This document shows positions 45,301 through 58,990 of a DNA stretch of 64,000 bases, piece by piece (positions within the stretch are counted from its first letter, which is position 1; each line of letters starts with the position of its first letter). The notes beneath the pieces were generated by a model. The model was not told the DNA's origin, ran no database searches, and was given only the letters and a program-made list of their open reading frames with translations. The stretch is taken from positions 169,275 to 233,274 of the forward strand of contig DF237003.1 of assembly GCA_000708835.1 (NCBI GenBank), in the 5' to 3' direction. The position numbers were made by a program, and so were the translations under genes. This DNA comes from Klebsormidium nitens. Taxonomy: Eukaryota > Plantae > Klebsormidiophyceae.

Positions 45301-48300
45301 CACTGAACCCAAAGCTGGCTGGTGCCCCTAAGCCGCAGAGTGCCACTGTATGCTGGCAATTCGTTGCTCCTTTGCATAATCAAGCTTTCGAGACTTCGTT
45401 AGTCTGAGCGCTTGTTCTTTGTTAAACCGCTTGTTCCGCTCTTCAAGACCTTTCGGATCCAGTCCCATCAGTGCTCGAACGCTCAACGTTTCAACTGCCT
45501 TCCTTCCACCTTAAACCTGAATCTTCTCCCCATCTCCGCATCTGCATGCTTCAATTATCTTCTCCCCATCTCCTCCAATCTGTTCCGTTGGTAATGGCGT
45601 TTCCCGGTTCCGTTCTCAACTCTACACCGTTCTCGTTGCCAGCCACCGGAAGATGCTCTCCCCCAAGGAAAACTACCACGTGCCGCCCAGAATCCAGCGG
45701 CAGCGCTTCCCCAACGGGCCGCAAGAGAACCTGATCAGCCCAGGTGAGGGGATTTAGCTCCTCCTCTCGCAAGCAAGGTTCTCGCATCGGGATTCGTTCA
45801 TCCTTCAACCAATGCTCGATTTGCGCGGACCTGAAAGGTTATCATCGAGCGCTCGGCCCCTCCTTCCAAAGGAGACCTCACATACACGTCTGAAACTTGC
45901 AATGACGAAACGTTCAGAGGACGCTTTTCGCATCTCCTTTCAACGACGAAACGTCCACCCCGTTGCTTCCGCGTAAAATCGCACCCATCGCATGATGCAA
46001 TTTTCCGGGCATTGTTTCACAGGCTCTGGTTCGGGCTCCGACTCGCCCTCCAGCCTGAACTACCACAGCTACGAGACGGACGAGGCCCTCAACCGGCGGC
46101 TACAGGAGGAAGAAGCGGAGCGCGAGAACGAGCGCCGCCGGGCTGCCGCGCTCGCGATCGGGGACGCGCAGCGGAGGCGGCTTGAGGCCGAGGCCAGCAT
46201 GCACCGGGCGGAGTCGCTGCAGAACCGGAGGCTAGGTAAGTATTGGGGTTACCCAATCTGGAAGTATCGTATTGCTCTAAGAGCTCGGCGAGATTTCCCA
46301 GTTCGCACTAGATTTCCCATTTCCTTGGCCTGACGTATACGACCATATACGTTGACAAGAAAGAATTCGATAGTACCTAGTAGCAAAGAGAGATATTCTG
46401 GTTAATCAGGAGTAAGGATTAAATGAGTTGCTCCGTACCCGAACCCACCTTGACCCCACCCGTGCTCGTGGAACTCCTCAGTACTACTAGGACTCAGTAC
46501 TAATAACCTTTTACTTTCAATACTGATTGTAGAAAAACCAGCGTATCTTAAATCTCCTATGAATTGACCCTGCAGAGGGCAGCGAATTTCAGCTGGAGCT
46601 GAACACGTTTCAGTCGGACAACCCGTTCGGATACCTGCTGAACGATAACGAGACCGAGTCGGAGGACAGCGACAAGCGGAGCCATGGCGAAAACCACCAG
46701 AGGTAAGAATGATTTGGGAAGTATCTCTTGTCTCTTTTCGCGTAATGCCCGGAGACCGGTCAATGTAAGCGAAGAACGAAGGGAGAAGGAAACGGAAAGG
46801 AAGCAGAATTAAAAGGAAGCTCCATTCTGGAATCTTGAATTGAGGAATCAGAGGATTTTGGCACACTTCTGCATCGAGCAGAGTTCCGAGCTTTGAAACG
46901 TGACTCTTGTACCCAACCTGTGGGTTTCTAATCTCTTCGACTGCCGTCTCTCGATGTTTGAGTACGTTTCAACGACAGTCCGGATTCGTTGAGTCTCAGC
47001 CGCAATGGCATCGACTCAAATTTTTATCTATCTCGTAACGGCTTAGCTAAGACTCCAAGCTCCGAGAATCTCAAACGGCGAACCCACAATCGAGCCGTTG
47101 ATTGTCAAAATCGATGGTTGCGCGTTAATCCCCCGAAAAGCGTACAACTAGGCAAAAGAGTCTGCATGACAAAAACAACGTGTTGGTTCTAGATGAAGTT
47201 TCCAGGGATCCCCTCTTTACCCGGCGCGCTTTTCTCGTGCAGCCACGGCCTGTGGCCCGAGCTCGAGGAGGGCCTCGGGGGATCCCCCGGGCACAAGTGG
47301 GACATCCCGCGGAAGAACGGCCTCAACGGAAGCCTCAACGGCGTCAACGTGGCGCGCTCGGGGTCGCCCCTCCAAAACGGGTCCTCCCTGTCCGGGATGA
47401 CGGACCATGACCTCACCTGCTGCATCTGCTTAGGTAAGCGAGCGGGCGGGAAGGTGGTTGTGTGTCATCGGCGCCTGGTTACGAATACTTCGTAGTTGGT
47501 CGCTAGGGTTCATTGAAAGCGCTTGTCAAGGAAAGCTACTGTTCGAGCGTGCATGATCAGCGCCTATGTCTGTCGGCTGGATTCGTTGCTTTGGCGAGCG
47601 TGTTTACTGCTTTGAAGGACCAGTGTTCATTGACTAATTCAGACATGGCGGGCCCCTTTGGAAGCGTCGCTGATCAGCCGTTTGACTTTTGAATTGTCGT
47701 ATATCCGCTCCAAAGTCTTGGTAACGTCGCCTAGACTGTCAATGTGGGCTATTACGAAAGGCTGCGATGAACCATTTCCTCGGATTTCTGACTGGCGGCG
47801 TCATGTTAAACTAGTTTGCGACATGCGAACAACGTGAGTCGGCTAATCAGCCGTCCTTTTACCTTGCCTGCAGAGTACTACGAGGAGCCCATCGGCCTGG
47901 ATTGCTCGCACACGTTCTGCGTGAAGTGCATTTCTCAGGTGAGTTTGGTTGCTGACGTTTCAGGAGGGAGCGCACAGTCGATGTCTAAGGCCCCCTCCCT
48001 GTTGTGGTCAGTCATGGTACGGGGGTTGCTTTCAATATTGTCAGTGCCCAGGTCTGTGTTCGCACGGAATATTGTTGAACCCTGCGCTGATGTGCACGGA
48101 GCAGCACGCAAGCTGTTTAGCTCCTATTAAGGAGCTGTTTAAGCGGGTTGATTTGACCCATCTGATCGAACATTTTGTTATTAACCTATCTAAACCAACC
48201 CTCCGCCCACGTACAATACTCCCAGCTTGTTAACTTTCACAAACGCCTACGCCCTACCTTTCTTTATGTTCCGGCCTTTGTTTCTCAGTAAGTGTCGGTG

Positions 48301-48686
48301 CCTTGAAGCCAAATGTTTAATCAAGCCCGAGTCTTTGCGGCAGGCAGAGCATAGAATGCCCTCTGACGCTGCTTGTTACTTAACTGTTAGTTAATTGTTA
48401 GCTGATTGTTACCTCGTAGTCCCTAAAACTTGCAAGGGGGCTCCTAAAGGTTAAGAATCAGCTGCTTCACTCAGAGGAGCAAGAAAAAATGTCTCCTTAA
48501 TTCTCCCTCCAGGTGATCAAAGCTACCCGCGATGAGTGCCCCATGTGCCGTCAAAAGCTGAGCCCGGCCATTCTCCGGTTCCTCGAGACGCGCGACCCTC
48601 ACTGGACTGCGCCCCACGCACACCTGAAGAGCATGTTCCGCTACCAGGGCCAGGTCGTGCAGCAACCGGGGCTACCAGTTTGGTGA
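42357..48686 (+). CDS. CCCH zinc finger + OST-HTH/LOTUS + RRM RNA-binding protein with C-terminal C3HC4 RING (10 exons, 690 aa)
   Basis: Exons 42357-42532, 43170-43856, 44371-44529, 45013-45192, 45643-45743, 46023-46235, 46576-46702, 47243-47433, 47874-47938 and 48513-48686 are in phase (2073 nt). N-terminus [30 protein letters not shown] resembles the Arabidopsis C3H46/53/55 group. CCCH: [24 protein letters not shown]: RQIYLTFP...[12 protein letters not shown]: [39 protein letters not shown]. Confidence 0.9.
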
Positions 48687-51100
48687 TTGCATAACACGAG
48701 GCAGTAATTACAATTGAAAGGTTGTTGTTTGGAGTTGAAAAGGGGGGCGGGTGATCGTGGGTTACAAGCCCACCGGTGGTATTGAAGGGGGTTTGTTGGG
48801 TTGGCGCAGTCCCACATTTGAGGTGCGATTTGTCTGTGGTGGTTTTTGTTGAGCCGCGACACTTATTTCTCAGGTGAAAGCCTCCAAAATAGGAATACAG
48901 GTGACAGTCGAAGTTGTGACATACGATTGTATTTAGCCAAGATACCAGACTCTGACGAGAAAGCGCTTAGATCTGACCGAAAACAACACGAACCGACTCG
49001 CGCGAAATTGGATTGCGAGGTCCCCTGTTTTCTGGGGAAGTAGGTGCAGTGGGACGTTTGGCACCTTGGCATTGACGTGGCGAACCGGATCTAAGCAGAA
49101 TACGGGTACAATGACTAGACAGAAACCATTAAAGAAAGGGCAGCTCTTGCGCTCGGGCTAGTCCCGAGCTCTGAGTGATGCTACCATTATTTCAATAGTA
49201 TTCAATAGGCACTAGGACGCTTAGGCTAGAACAGTCGAGTGGATCTTCGAATAATCCGTTCAAGTAGGAGAAACCAATTCGCTGTAGCAGCTACAAAGGT
49301 CGTGGCAAAGCAGCGGAGCGGTTGATTTGCGTGTTGTTAGCATATGCTTCTGCGAACATTTCTGTAGAAGCGAGATTTTGATGTCGACGGTTGGTGACAA
49401 GCTAAGGAGATCTAGTTACAGTGAGCAGCAAACTTAAGTACAGCGCAATGGCAGTGCAGAGTTATTTCAAACTTTGTTTGCAGCATATGATAATCTTGAG
49501 AAAGTTTTGTTGTCAACGTAGGCACCTCTAATCAAACACACCCCGACTTTGTCTTTTAGAGTGAACCTGTCTCCCCTCGTTTCTCGTATAACATGGCCGC
49601 CGATGTAGTCCTTGGCAGGTTTCAATCCAAGAGTGTGCCTTCAGAGCAGCGGGCGCAACTGCAGACCGCCATGCAAGCCAGCGCACTCAAGCGGCACCAT
49701 CTCGCACGACGTTGCTGCTACTAGCTAGAGGTGCGATTGGTGAGTCCTGATGTGAACCCGAATTTAAGACCTGCATGTATGTGACAGTGGTGGCGACTTA
49801 AACTGGTCACAATCTGAAGCAGTGTCAGCCGCCGCACCTTATGTCAACTAACTTGAAGTGGCTGACAACAGTCTGCACATGCGGTGTGGCAAATGATTTG
49901 GAATATGCATTTGTATGATAGTCGAAGGGAGCCCGAGACGCGGTCCGATCCAATCCAGCCCGAGGCTGTATGTACTATAATAACTTATACGACAGCAAGC
50001 ATTGCTCCGTTAATTAACGGTACAGTCTGCATGAGAAACTAATTGCAAGAATTGAATATATGATGAGTCACTTGAGCGCTAATGATGACGGGACGTCGGC
50101 CTCTATAGTCGAAACCTTGTTAATGCATGTGTATTAAACGTACTAATATAATGGTCGGCCCACATGTGCGATCATTTTCGGAGTCCGCTCGCGACTCTAC
50201 ACCGTCGTCTTCATTGCTACGCACCGTCGCCGGGTGCCACGTACAATGCCGGCCTCTACAGATGAGCCCGACTAACTGCGCGGCCGGCAGCGCTGCGTGA
50301 TGCATGTCGGATCACTTCAATGTTAATCATGATCTAATTATAAGTTTGCATGATTGCTTGAAGAGCTGCGCGGCATCGATCGTGTAAGCGCGACGTACAC
50401 GATTCTACGTCAATCAGAATGTTTTATTTATTCTGCAAACGTAAGCCTGCAGATAACTTAGCACATAATAGTTGACTGCGTCGAATCGTCCGGAAAGAAT
50501 TGTTGTTAGTAATCACATGGATCGTGCTTAAGTCGTACACGACCGTAACGGCGCAGCAGCCGCGCTTAAGCTATAGCCACCGCGTGACAGGACGTTCACA
50601 ACTTCCCGACACACGCGTACATGTTACTACGCTGACCCGACGGTACCCTCACTATAGCTATACCGTCCGACTGAGGGCACTCGCCAGGCATGCTGGCCGG
50701 GCCGCCGCGGTAGCGGGGCCCTCTACTTCTGTATGCGGGCCACTGCATGTACGATCTTTCAGAGTGGTGGTTCCACGAGCAATTCCAATGAGGCGCCATG
50801 TATCGCGCAGCGCCAAATGGGTGCAACATGCATGCAATCACCTTCACAAGCCGAGGGCCATCATGGCATAGGACCTCGGGCATGTCACTGACACACGTGC
50901 CAGAAAATCCGAACCAGAGCACAGTGCCAGACAAAACAACGGCAGAAGGCCGATCGAGCATATGCTCTGTCAATACTGCAAAGTGCGTTTGTTCCCAGCC
51001 TACCGCCACGTGTCTCCATTTACTTTGGTCAAATGATGGGCGATTTGGATTTCCACGTCAATACTGCTTCTGATCGAGTGACAAGATGGGCTCACCGCTT

Positions 51101-54100
51101 TCAAAGGCGTCGGATAGCAGCGGCGACCTTTTCAGGCCAATCTGCAGAGAGTGATGGGCCTAGCTGTATGAAACTGCATATGCGCGTGAATGGGGAACAC
51201 CAGTCCCCTGGTCCTCACAAAAGTTCGTAGTATCCTAGCTCGGAGCATGATAATTCAGGGGCACACAATATTTCGATGGTCTCGTGAATACTTCTGTGCT
51301 CAACAGGAGCTCCGCCACGAATCAAGTGGATCTAGAATCACATGCAGTGTACAGTAATCAGCAGTTTCCAAGACGCAATCATGAGCAAGACGGTGTCGAG
51401 CACCCCACATGCCCAGCACTGCTTCACTTATTATCTCAGCGGACGAACATCGGAAACAAGCCGACTACCATTCGCCCACTTTTGTGCAGGGTTAAGAGCA
51501 GATTTGGTAGGGCAAGACAAACTTGGTGGGACAAGACAAACTGACTTTGCGCTTCTTCTTGAAGGGCCAGGCAGATGCCGTGGCATCGCGTGTTTAACAC
51601 TTCATACCGTCCACAGGATTGTCGGTTTCCGCCTCTCTCAAACAGAAAAGATACTTTTGTTCAAGAGGGTTCTTCAAACCAGAAGGTTGGCATACCTTCT
51701 TGAGCGAAGTGGCCAGCACCGTCGAGAACGGTCGTCGAGAACCACGGCCGTCCGTTCAGGGTTGCGATCAGATCGGACGGCTGAGAAAGCCACTGCCGAG
51801 GAAACAGTGACAGCGGGTTAGACCTTCTCGTAGCGCATTCCTGAAGCCAAACGAAGCCAAGCGGCAGGAACAGGCGGAGCGCAGAAGTCTGGAACGGCTA
51901 GAGGTCATACAGTAACCATGTCGCTATGGTCGAACTTTCGACGTCAAAATAAAGACGCTTGAGATTCATCATGAATGAAAGGTTGTACCCTGTCTGGCGC
52001 AAACCCTTTGCGGAGCCTGTAAAGCGTTTCAGCAGCCTATGCTAAACCATTGGCCATCGCAAAAATCTGTAATCCGCTTGGGGAGAGTTAGTTTTATGGC
52101 GGGGTTTGAAGGCCGGCTGACTGAGACACAGCGTCTCTGCTGTCCCGTCCACATGGCAAGAGCCCAAGGCACCCGCACTGGGTTTTGGTGACGTCAGCAA
52201 TCCCTTCGTCAACGCTTTGAAAACAAGTGACTTACACATCGTCTTTTTCGAGGTAAGTTGGGAGGAACGGAAGCCTTTGTCTAGGTGCCGAGAAGAACGG
52301 CGGAGAGGTGAGAACCCGCTAACCTTGTCTTGACTGCAGAGGGTCAGGAGAGTTGGCGTCCGATAGGCGTCTGACGTCAGCAGCGCTCGGCAGCGTGCCA
52401 CGTCATTTTTCAAGTCTAGGTTCTTTACCGCTGCCTGCAGGCAAATCCTCGGAATCGAACAATTCGGTCAAACCTTGAAGACAGCTAACGAAATGACTTC
52501 TGATCAAAAAGCCAAGCCATGAACTAAACCAGAAACATTTTTCACACGCATAAATTAGGGCGATCCAAAAAGGCCATTGCACAAAGCAGTCTGCAACTCA
52601 AGCTAGTGGAAACGGTTAAGGTCTCACAAGCGCTGCGAAGCCCGCGTCCGAAGACTCCATGTACGGCTGCCGATACACCTGCATCGAGATCGTTTTCACT
52701 CTTAAGCAAAGCATCTAGCGCTTATTGTAGGTAGACGCAAACATGCGAAGTGCACCGAACAGACGAGGGCTTCTCGAGCCAAAAGCATTTTTACTGTAGA
52801 AATCTCGATTGCTTCGTATGAACACCGAAACCGCTCGCTTCACGATTGCCAACTTCCGCCCCGTCTCAATTCCTATCCAACATGTCTCTTCAATTCAGGT
52901 ACAGTAAGCTCCAGGTATAGTAAGCTCCTAGCCTAACACTAAAAAACCAACCCTCAAAGTCACGCGCTCCGCACCCATACCCACCCTAAACCCCCAAAGT
53001 AACCCCACCCGGGCCAGGCTGCTTGGCTTACTCTTTTAAAGCTTACTGTACCTAAATCGAACCCTTATCTATCCAACAGCAAAGCTCGCTAAATGGACAC
53101 AGCGTTACGGTCGAAAAGCAAAGCGAGTTCAGATTGTTTCTGAACAAGGGCGAAATAACACCATCGCCCCTTACCTGCAAGTCGTCTTCGGACATTTCGT
53201 ACGGTCCGGAAGAGTTGAAGCTCAGGTCCGCGAGACGCGTCGGATCTTGCGCAAAAGCGGCGCCAATGAATGGAAGCGTCATCTGCAGAGACAAAAAGCG
53301 GCATGCTCTCGAAGCGGCACTTAATGCACTTGCTCTCCATTCTTTGAGGAGCTTGACAACTTTCGTATCAAAACCTTTCGGCGTAAACTCGCTACACTTC
53401 GACGATGTACCAGAAAAACAATGTACTTCATTGCTTCAGATGTCAGCCAAAAGGAAATGCGCTCGAAGGCGCTTCCTTGATCGAACTCCACTTTACCGGT
53501 CTTCTCGGTTGCGCCCGACCGAAGTCCGCCAGGGTCTGCGTTCATCTAATAAAGTAGAAGCTTTTTTCTTTCTTGCCCGGACTACTGCTAATGAGTCCCT
53601 GACGTCAAAGTCTAGACGTCATCGTTACTGCCTCCCTGGAGCCCATACTTTAGGCAATGAAAGCTTGCCGAGAGACCTTTTTGACCTCTCAACGCTCACT
53701 TTACTTGAGTTGCGTGTCAACAGAACTTCCCTGCACTGGGTGCTCTTTTCTTGCGGTATGTCCGTTGAACTCTGTGCAGGTGTTCTGGCGTGAAAGCCTG
53801 GTCTTCTTTCCGGACGACTTGGTTTGCTCAACCACTAGGGTTTCCGTCATTTGGGTCTGGGACAGAACGATTACCTGCTGGAAGGGCTTCGGTAGTCTGC
53901 AGTCTTCTCGCAAAGGAGCGTTCATGATCACCAGCTTTGCCACGTGGTCTGCAGGAGACAAAGTTACGTCAGCCTCGCGCAATGGACACGTCATCGAGAA
54001 AATTTCAGAGATTCCTCCTCAGGCCGATAATAATATCCGAGTATCCTGGAGCAAGCAAAGGCAGGTCGTAAGATAGATCCAAGTGAGCAACGCCCATCAA

Positions 54101-57100
54101 CATATATATTACAAGTCAATTCTGAAGGACAGCGCGTTCTGCTCTTCGAATCGAAGGATGCTTACAAAGGCACAAACTCGACGCGAAAATGCCCCCGACA
54201 AGATCTGCCGTAGCAAGCAGAGGGTCAGAGGAAAGGCTGCTACACGCATCATTCTCCCGTGCAGCTGGCCAGTCAGCAAACCGATCAGTTCCGAACCAGC
54301 TTGCTTCTTTTTCCGTATTTCTTTCAAAGCAGCATGTGGCTGGGCACCGCGAAAGAAAGAATACCAAGAGGCCGACGTAACTCTTAAACGAGTAAGATTC
54401 GTACGTGCATGATAATGGCGGGTTCCCGCTAGGTTTGGGAATGAGTACCGGGATGAGCTGCCGCGTATTGGATCCCCGACGTTCCGCCCAAGAAGCCCTG
54501 CAGAGGATTGGCTGACGTTTGAGGGTTCGTGGATAAGAAACATTTAATCTTATCTAATACTTTATTTTTTGTAATATCAAAGACGAAGTAAAAATATTCC
54601 TCTCCCAAAGGGCATTGGGATGAAATCAGGTTCGAAATTTCCTTTTCTTTTTATATATTCTAGGGTTTTGAAACAACCTACGGATCTGTTAAGAGAGGGC
54701 GTCCACATACGTATCTGATTGACTATAAGAGACGACTGCACCGCGCGCCTCTCGTTCGTCGTGTCGCCAACAAAGGTTTCTGGTGAGTTTTCCCCCAAGC
54801 ATACTCACAGGAGACGAGCGCTGACGTTTTCGACCGACCAATCGACACGCTCTTTGTGGACCATCTCAAAGAACGCTGATGATGTCAAGTTCTCACCGTT
54901 TCAAAGGGCCATAAAGATGTAAAGCTTTTGATCGGCGGAAGCGAGAATTGCAAGTCTTTGAAAGGACAGCCGTCATAGATGATTTAGCTCACCCCCATAG
55001 CGACTTCCTTCACAGCTTCTACAGCCTAAAGGTTCCCAACAAAGGAACGTACACTTGAAGAAGGAGTTTCAAAACAGCAAGGACGCGAAGCATTTCATGA
55101 GGGCGTTTATCTCTGCTAACTGAATTTTCGGAGGTTTGATCACAAAACCCTCGCTAAAACTCACTTGTGCCACGAGCGTGACTTTCTCCAGTCCCAGCGC
55201 CACTACTAGCCCTTCCAAACCGTCCAAAATGTCAGTCGGGCGGTAGCCGAACGTCTTGGGGCTTGGTTTGTCGGACAGTCCGAAGCCGGGCCAGTCGAAG
55301 CCGATTGCCCGGTGACCTGTTTCCAAACAGGGTTACAAACATGGTCGTTGTAAGTCCTGCGTGTAACGACAGGCTTCCGAAGGTTGCAAGAGAAGACGCT
55401 GCCATCTGCCAAACTTTGTTGTTTTGCAGAGACTCAAAACCCAGCCTCCTCTTCAAAAAACCGGCCTTCGTAAGGTTGCCTTTCGACTTTGCTGATCATT
55501 CAAGGAAGATTTAACCGCTAGCAGAGAAGGCTCCTTGGAATCATGCTCTAGGTTGTCATCACTTAGCAGAGGTGTTGAAAAGCTCGGCAAGTTGTCCTGA
55601 TTTTTTTTCCTTTTCCTTTTCGTTGTTTTCTCGTAAGACCGCTTCAGCTTTCATCAGATTCTTATCCAGACCAGCCTTCCTTGACTTTGAAGACTTCAAA
55701 TCAGCATTTCGTCCACGACTACAGTCCCCATGACAAACTTACATCTTCATCATGTCGCTGCACAGATACAACAGTTACTTGAAGTGCACAATTACACGCA
55801 AGAATCACCAACTTGGATATCTGACAGCACCTCAATTCCTGAAGGGAACATACGCACCGTTTGTAAGTTCCATCAGAATGGATTACGAGTTCTTGCCGCG
55901 CAGGCTTACCCGCTTCGCAAAGCAGACGGATCACTTCCCGGAAGGAATACGAGTGCGCTGGAAGGCCAGGCAACAGGAGGATAGTGCTTTTCGGAGGTCC
56001 TGTTTCAGGACCTTCGTCAACAACAAACCTGCAAGTTGTGAAAAGGAAACGAAGTGGTTAGCCCTTCTCTGCCGTGATTGGTAGCCAAGAACGCTGCTCC
56101 GTCCGGGCAACCTTCACATTCTGTTCAACTTCATGAACAACGGACTGGGTAGACTTCTGGTGAACTTTGGTGATGACTCCTATGTTAATAGTGAACGATG
56201 ACAGCTTCAAAGCAGCGAGGAGTAGTGGCGGGACTCACGCCCTCCGCGCCCTTCCTCAAATTTCCTTCCTGTCTATCAGGCTTCTTGAGCGCGTCGAAGA
56301 TTGGGACCACTTTGCCAACATTCAGCATTGCAGAGAGCGCATAGAGCTCAGTATATCGAATTCAAAATGTCCTGTTCTCAGTGTCAGTAAATGAAACTTT
56401 GAGATACTCCTTTCCATCTTGCAAAGGGAAGCGATAATCTTGCGTCATGGGATCACTATTCTAGGTTCTCCTTCGTCTCAAGTTTTAGGCGACTCAGGCT
56501 TATGCGTTCGTACATGAGAGTATCAATCTAACATGAGATACACCCTCCGCCCTGCTGTTATGTTGTTCAGTCAATACCGTTGAAAGCTATAATTGACTTG
56601 CTGGACTGGTCCATTTCAATCAGTCCTTGACAGGAAGCGATGTGATCCTTACCACTCATATCCCGCAACAGTCACCAACTTCCCTCTCTTCTCCCAGGCC
56701 TCCGTCAATGGACTCTTCCGGATGCCCTTCCAACCTACAGATGAAAATGATGTTAAAGGGTCATTCTAAAATGGTCCATGGATTGGTACCTGCCTCCTGC
56801 TTCTTCTGTGCTCGAAAAGAAGGCGACTGATGCTTTGCAAGGGGGACTACTGGCAGATAGCTGCCTTTAACCTGTATTTGCAGATTTGCGAACCTCCTTT
56901 TCGAATTATGAGACATAGGGGGTAGTGTGAGACCAAAACATCTTGCGTTCTTCAATTTTGGTTGGGTATCTTGCATCGAGCGATTCAACCAGGCCAACTA
57001 TTCAGGAGTCTGGGAGAGGGACAAGAAGCGTAAGAGGAACATACTGTGTTGTGAACATCGACACTGCGGTCCACCCGAAACACGTGAATGTGGCCTGCAG

Positions 57101-57763
57101 ATCTTGAAGTCCCTGCTTTTAGAATGTCCTTGAGGTGTTTCACAAAAGGCACTTTGGGCAGTAGTGCTGGTCAGACAAAGTCTAGCTTCACATGGGGGGG
57201 CGATTTGGATAAACGGCGTAACATTCTGACTAACATTCTGACTAACATTTTGACCATTCAGATTCGGATGAACATGAAGCCATTCCCCCAGAGGTCAATA
57301 CTCAGCTAAACGAGAATGTCCAAAAACCTCTGCAAAGCAAGAGATTGACAGCGCTCTCTTTCAAAGGAAAATGCAACTTACCACCGTAAGCATCAGGTGC
57401 TTCATACAGATCTCCATCTTCGTACATTGGCTCTTCAACGTTCGTCCCAGCCCTGATTGCATGGCCTGGAGTTGAGCATCTCTTTCTTCCACAGCATTGC
57501 AAGTATTTCAACAAAACACCACCGCAAAAGTCTGCTGCAGCATTTGAGCAGCTTCCCGAGTGCAGAAACTGACTCACAGACTCTGATGTCACTTTTGAGC
57601 ACCTTGCATTGCTTTTTGCTGTCGTTGCAATGCTGTATGAGCAACGCTGAGCAGCCTTGCTGTCAGCAAAGGCAGAATGTGCAGATGTTTGGCGCCATAC
57701 AGCGTTTGCAAATGCAGCCGCCTGGGAATCAAAGGCCACAATTGCTTGCATAGTGGCCTTCAA
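51101..57763 (-). CDS. Alpha/beta hydrolase, plant haloalkane-dehalogenase-like family, with putative plastid transit peptide
   Basis: In-phase exons 56028-55910, 55316-55165, 54497-54449, 53948-53875, 53282-53175, 52678-52628, 52434-52324, 51792-51696 and 51141-51101 give LLLPGLPAHSYSFR, AIGFDWPGFGLSDKP, VAQGFLGG, VYRQPY, GAGHFAQEDWPEKVAAAIRRL*. First exon 57763-57382; the link to 56028 is unresolved. Confidence 0.88.
52921..53022 (-). other. Intronic G-rich element, copy 2 (homologous to 3061-3165)
   Basis: In intron 53174-52679 of the hydrolase gene. Sense strand reads GGGTGGGGTTACTTTGGGGGTTTAGGGTGGGTATGGG (six G-tracts). Confidence 0.8.
57219..57254. repeat. 12-bp intronic tandem repeat x3
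   Basis: TAACATTCTGAC, TAACATTCTGAC, TAACATTTTGAC. Confidence 0.9.
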
Positions 57764-58990
57764 TCAAAGAAACCACTTGCCTTGCTGACAAAGAAAGCAA
57801 GCTTGCGAGCTGCCCTTGCAAGCGCTACAGGCTCAGCCACTACGGTACAGCCTGCATTGGCTTGCATTGGCCCGAGGCTGCACAGGACAACTCGAGTCTC
57901 TGTGCCGCGCTACAGAGAAAGCGACGAAGCAAGGTTCGATTCGAAACGTTTTTCCTGCGGTACGGTGAGGTGTGGTTCGTTTATCCGTCGAACATTCAAG
58001 TTCCTCAGATGGCGCAGGTGAAGCGCTGATTAGGGTTAGGGTTCCGTCCAGACCACAATGTCCACAAGCCTTGTCTACAACTTCGAGTTCATGATCAAAT
58101 TATGGAGCTCTACTTTCAAATTTGACTTTGAAAGCCCAATGCCAATGCCAATGGTACCAATATCTCAACCCATTCTCATACCCCTATGCACAGAATACTC
58201 ACATAGGCATGCAGCGTCACATGTCTATTTAGCATACAGTCATGTGGAGCTGTGAACACATATCCTGCCAGCAGCTATGATTTGTCCACCGGGGATACAT
58301 TTGTAACAGTGCCGTATGTGCTTGGAGCGGACAAAGGTTGGAATCGAAGACACACAACTTGTAGGAATGCCGGGATCGCGGATTCAAGTAAGTAAGCTTA
58401 TGTTTACTCGGTTTGCCTTTTTGTTTGATATCCTGACATTATGCATGAGATATTTGTGACAGGGTCACACATTGAAAGCCTTGCAATATGTTTCTGCGAC
58501 GGACATATGAAGGCAAAACTATTTCGGCTGTTTATGTACCATTTTTGCCACATATCCATGGTAATGCAACGTTACCGACCAGCACAAATGGCCGGACAAC
58601 CAGACTGCGCGACTCGAGAAAGGCCACGAGAATGTCGCCAACCACTACAAACTACCGTGACTCTTGCTTTTCCAATGTACCCGGTACATACATATCAGCA
58701 AGCTCCATATGTTCTGCCTCTCTACATACGCCACTCTAGCTACTACTACTAGATCACGGTACCATGGATCTGGCGCGAAAATTGCAGGATCTACTTCCTG
58801 CCAAAGCGCGCCCTTCCGAGTCAGGCTCATGCAGACAAAGCAGATTTTGGATCAGCATCATCAGCATCGCTGCTCTGCCAGGGCAGTCAGATGTAGTAAG
58901 TAGGTCTGCCTCGGGCTGGTCAGCACAAACTTCTAGCTGAGATCTGCAGTCTGATCGTCGTCAAGAAGTGAAGGGCACGAAAGGCCAGCA

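Noticed and set aside
49593-49724. 43-codon ORF MAADVVLGRFQ...RRCCY
   Set aside because: No homology or splice support; expected by chance.
58030-58041. TTAGGGTTAGGG
   Set aside because: Only two units; at most a telo-box-like promoter word upstream of the hydrolase, not an interstitial telomere.
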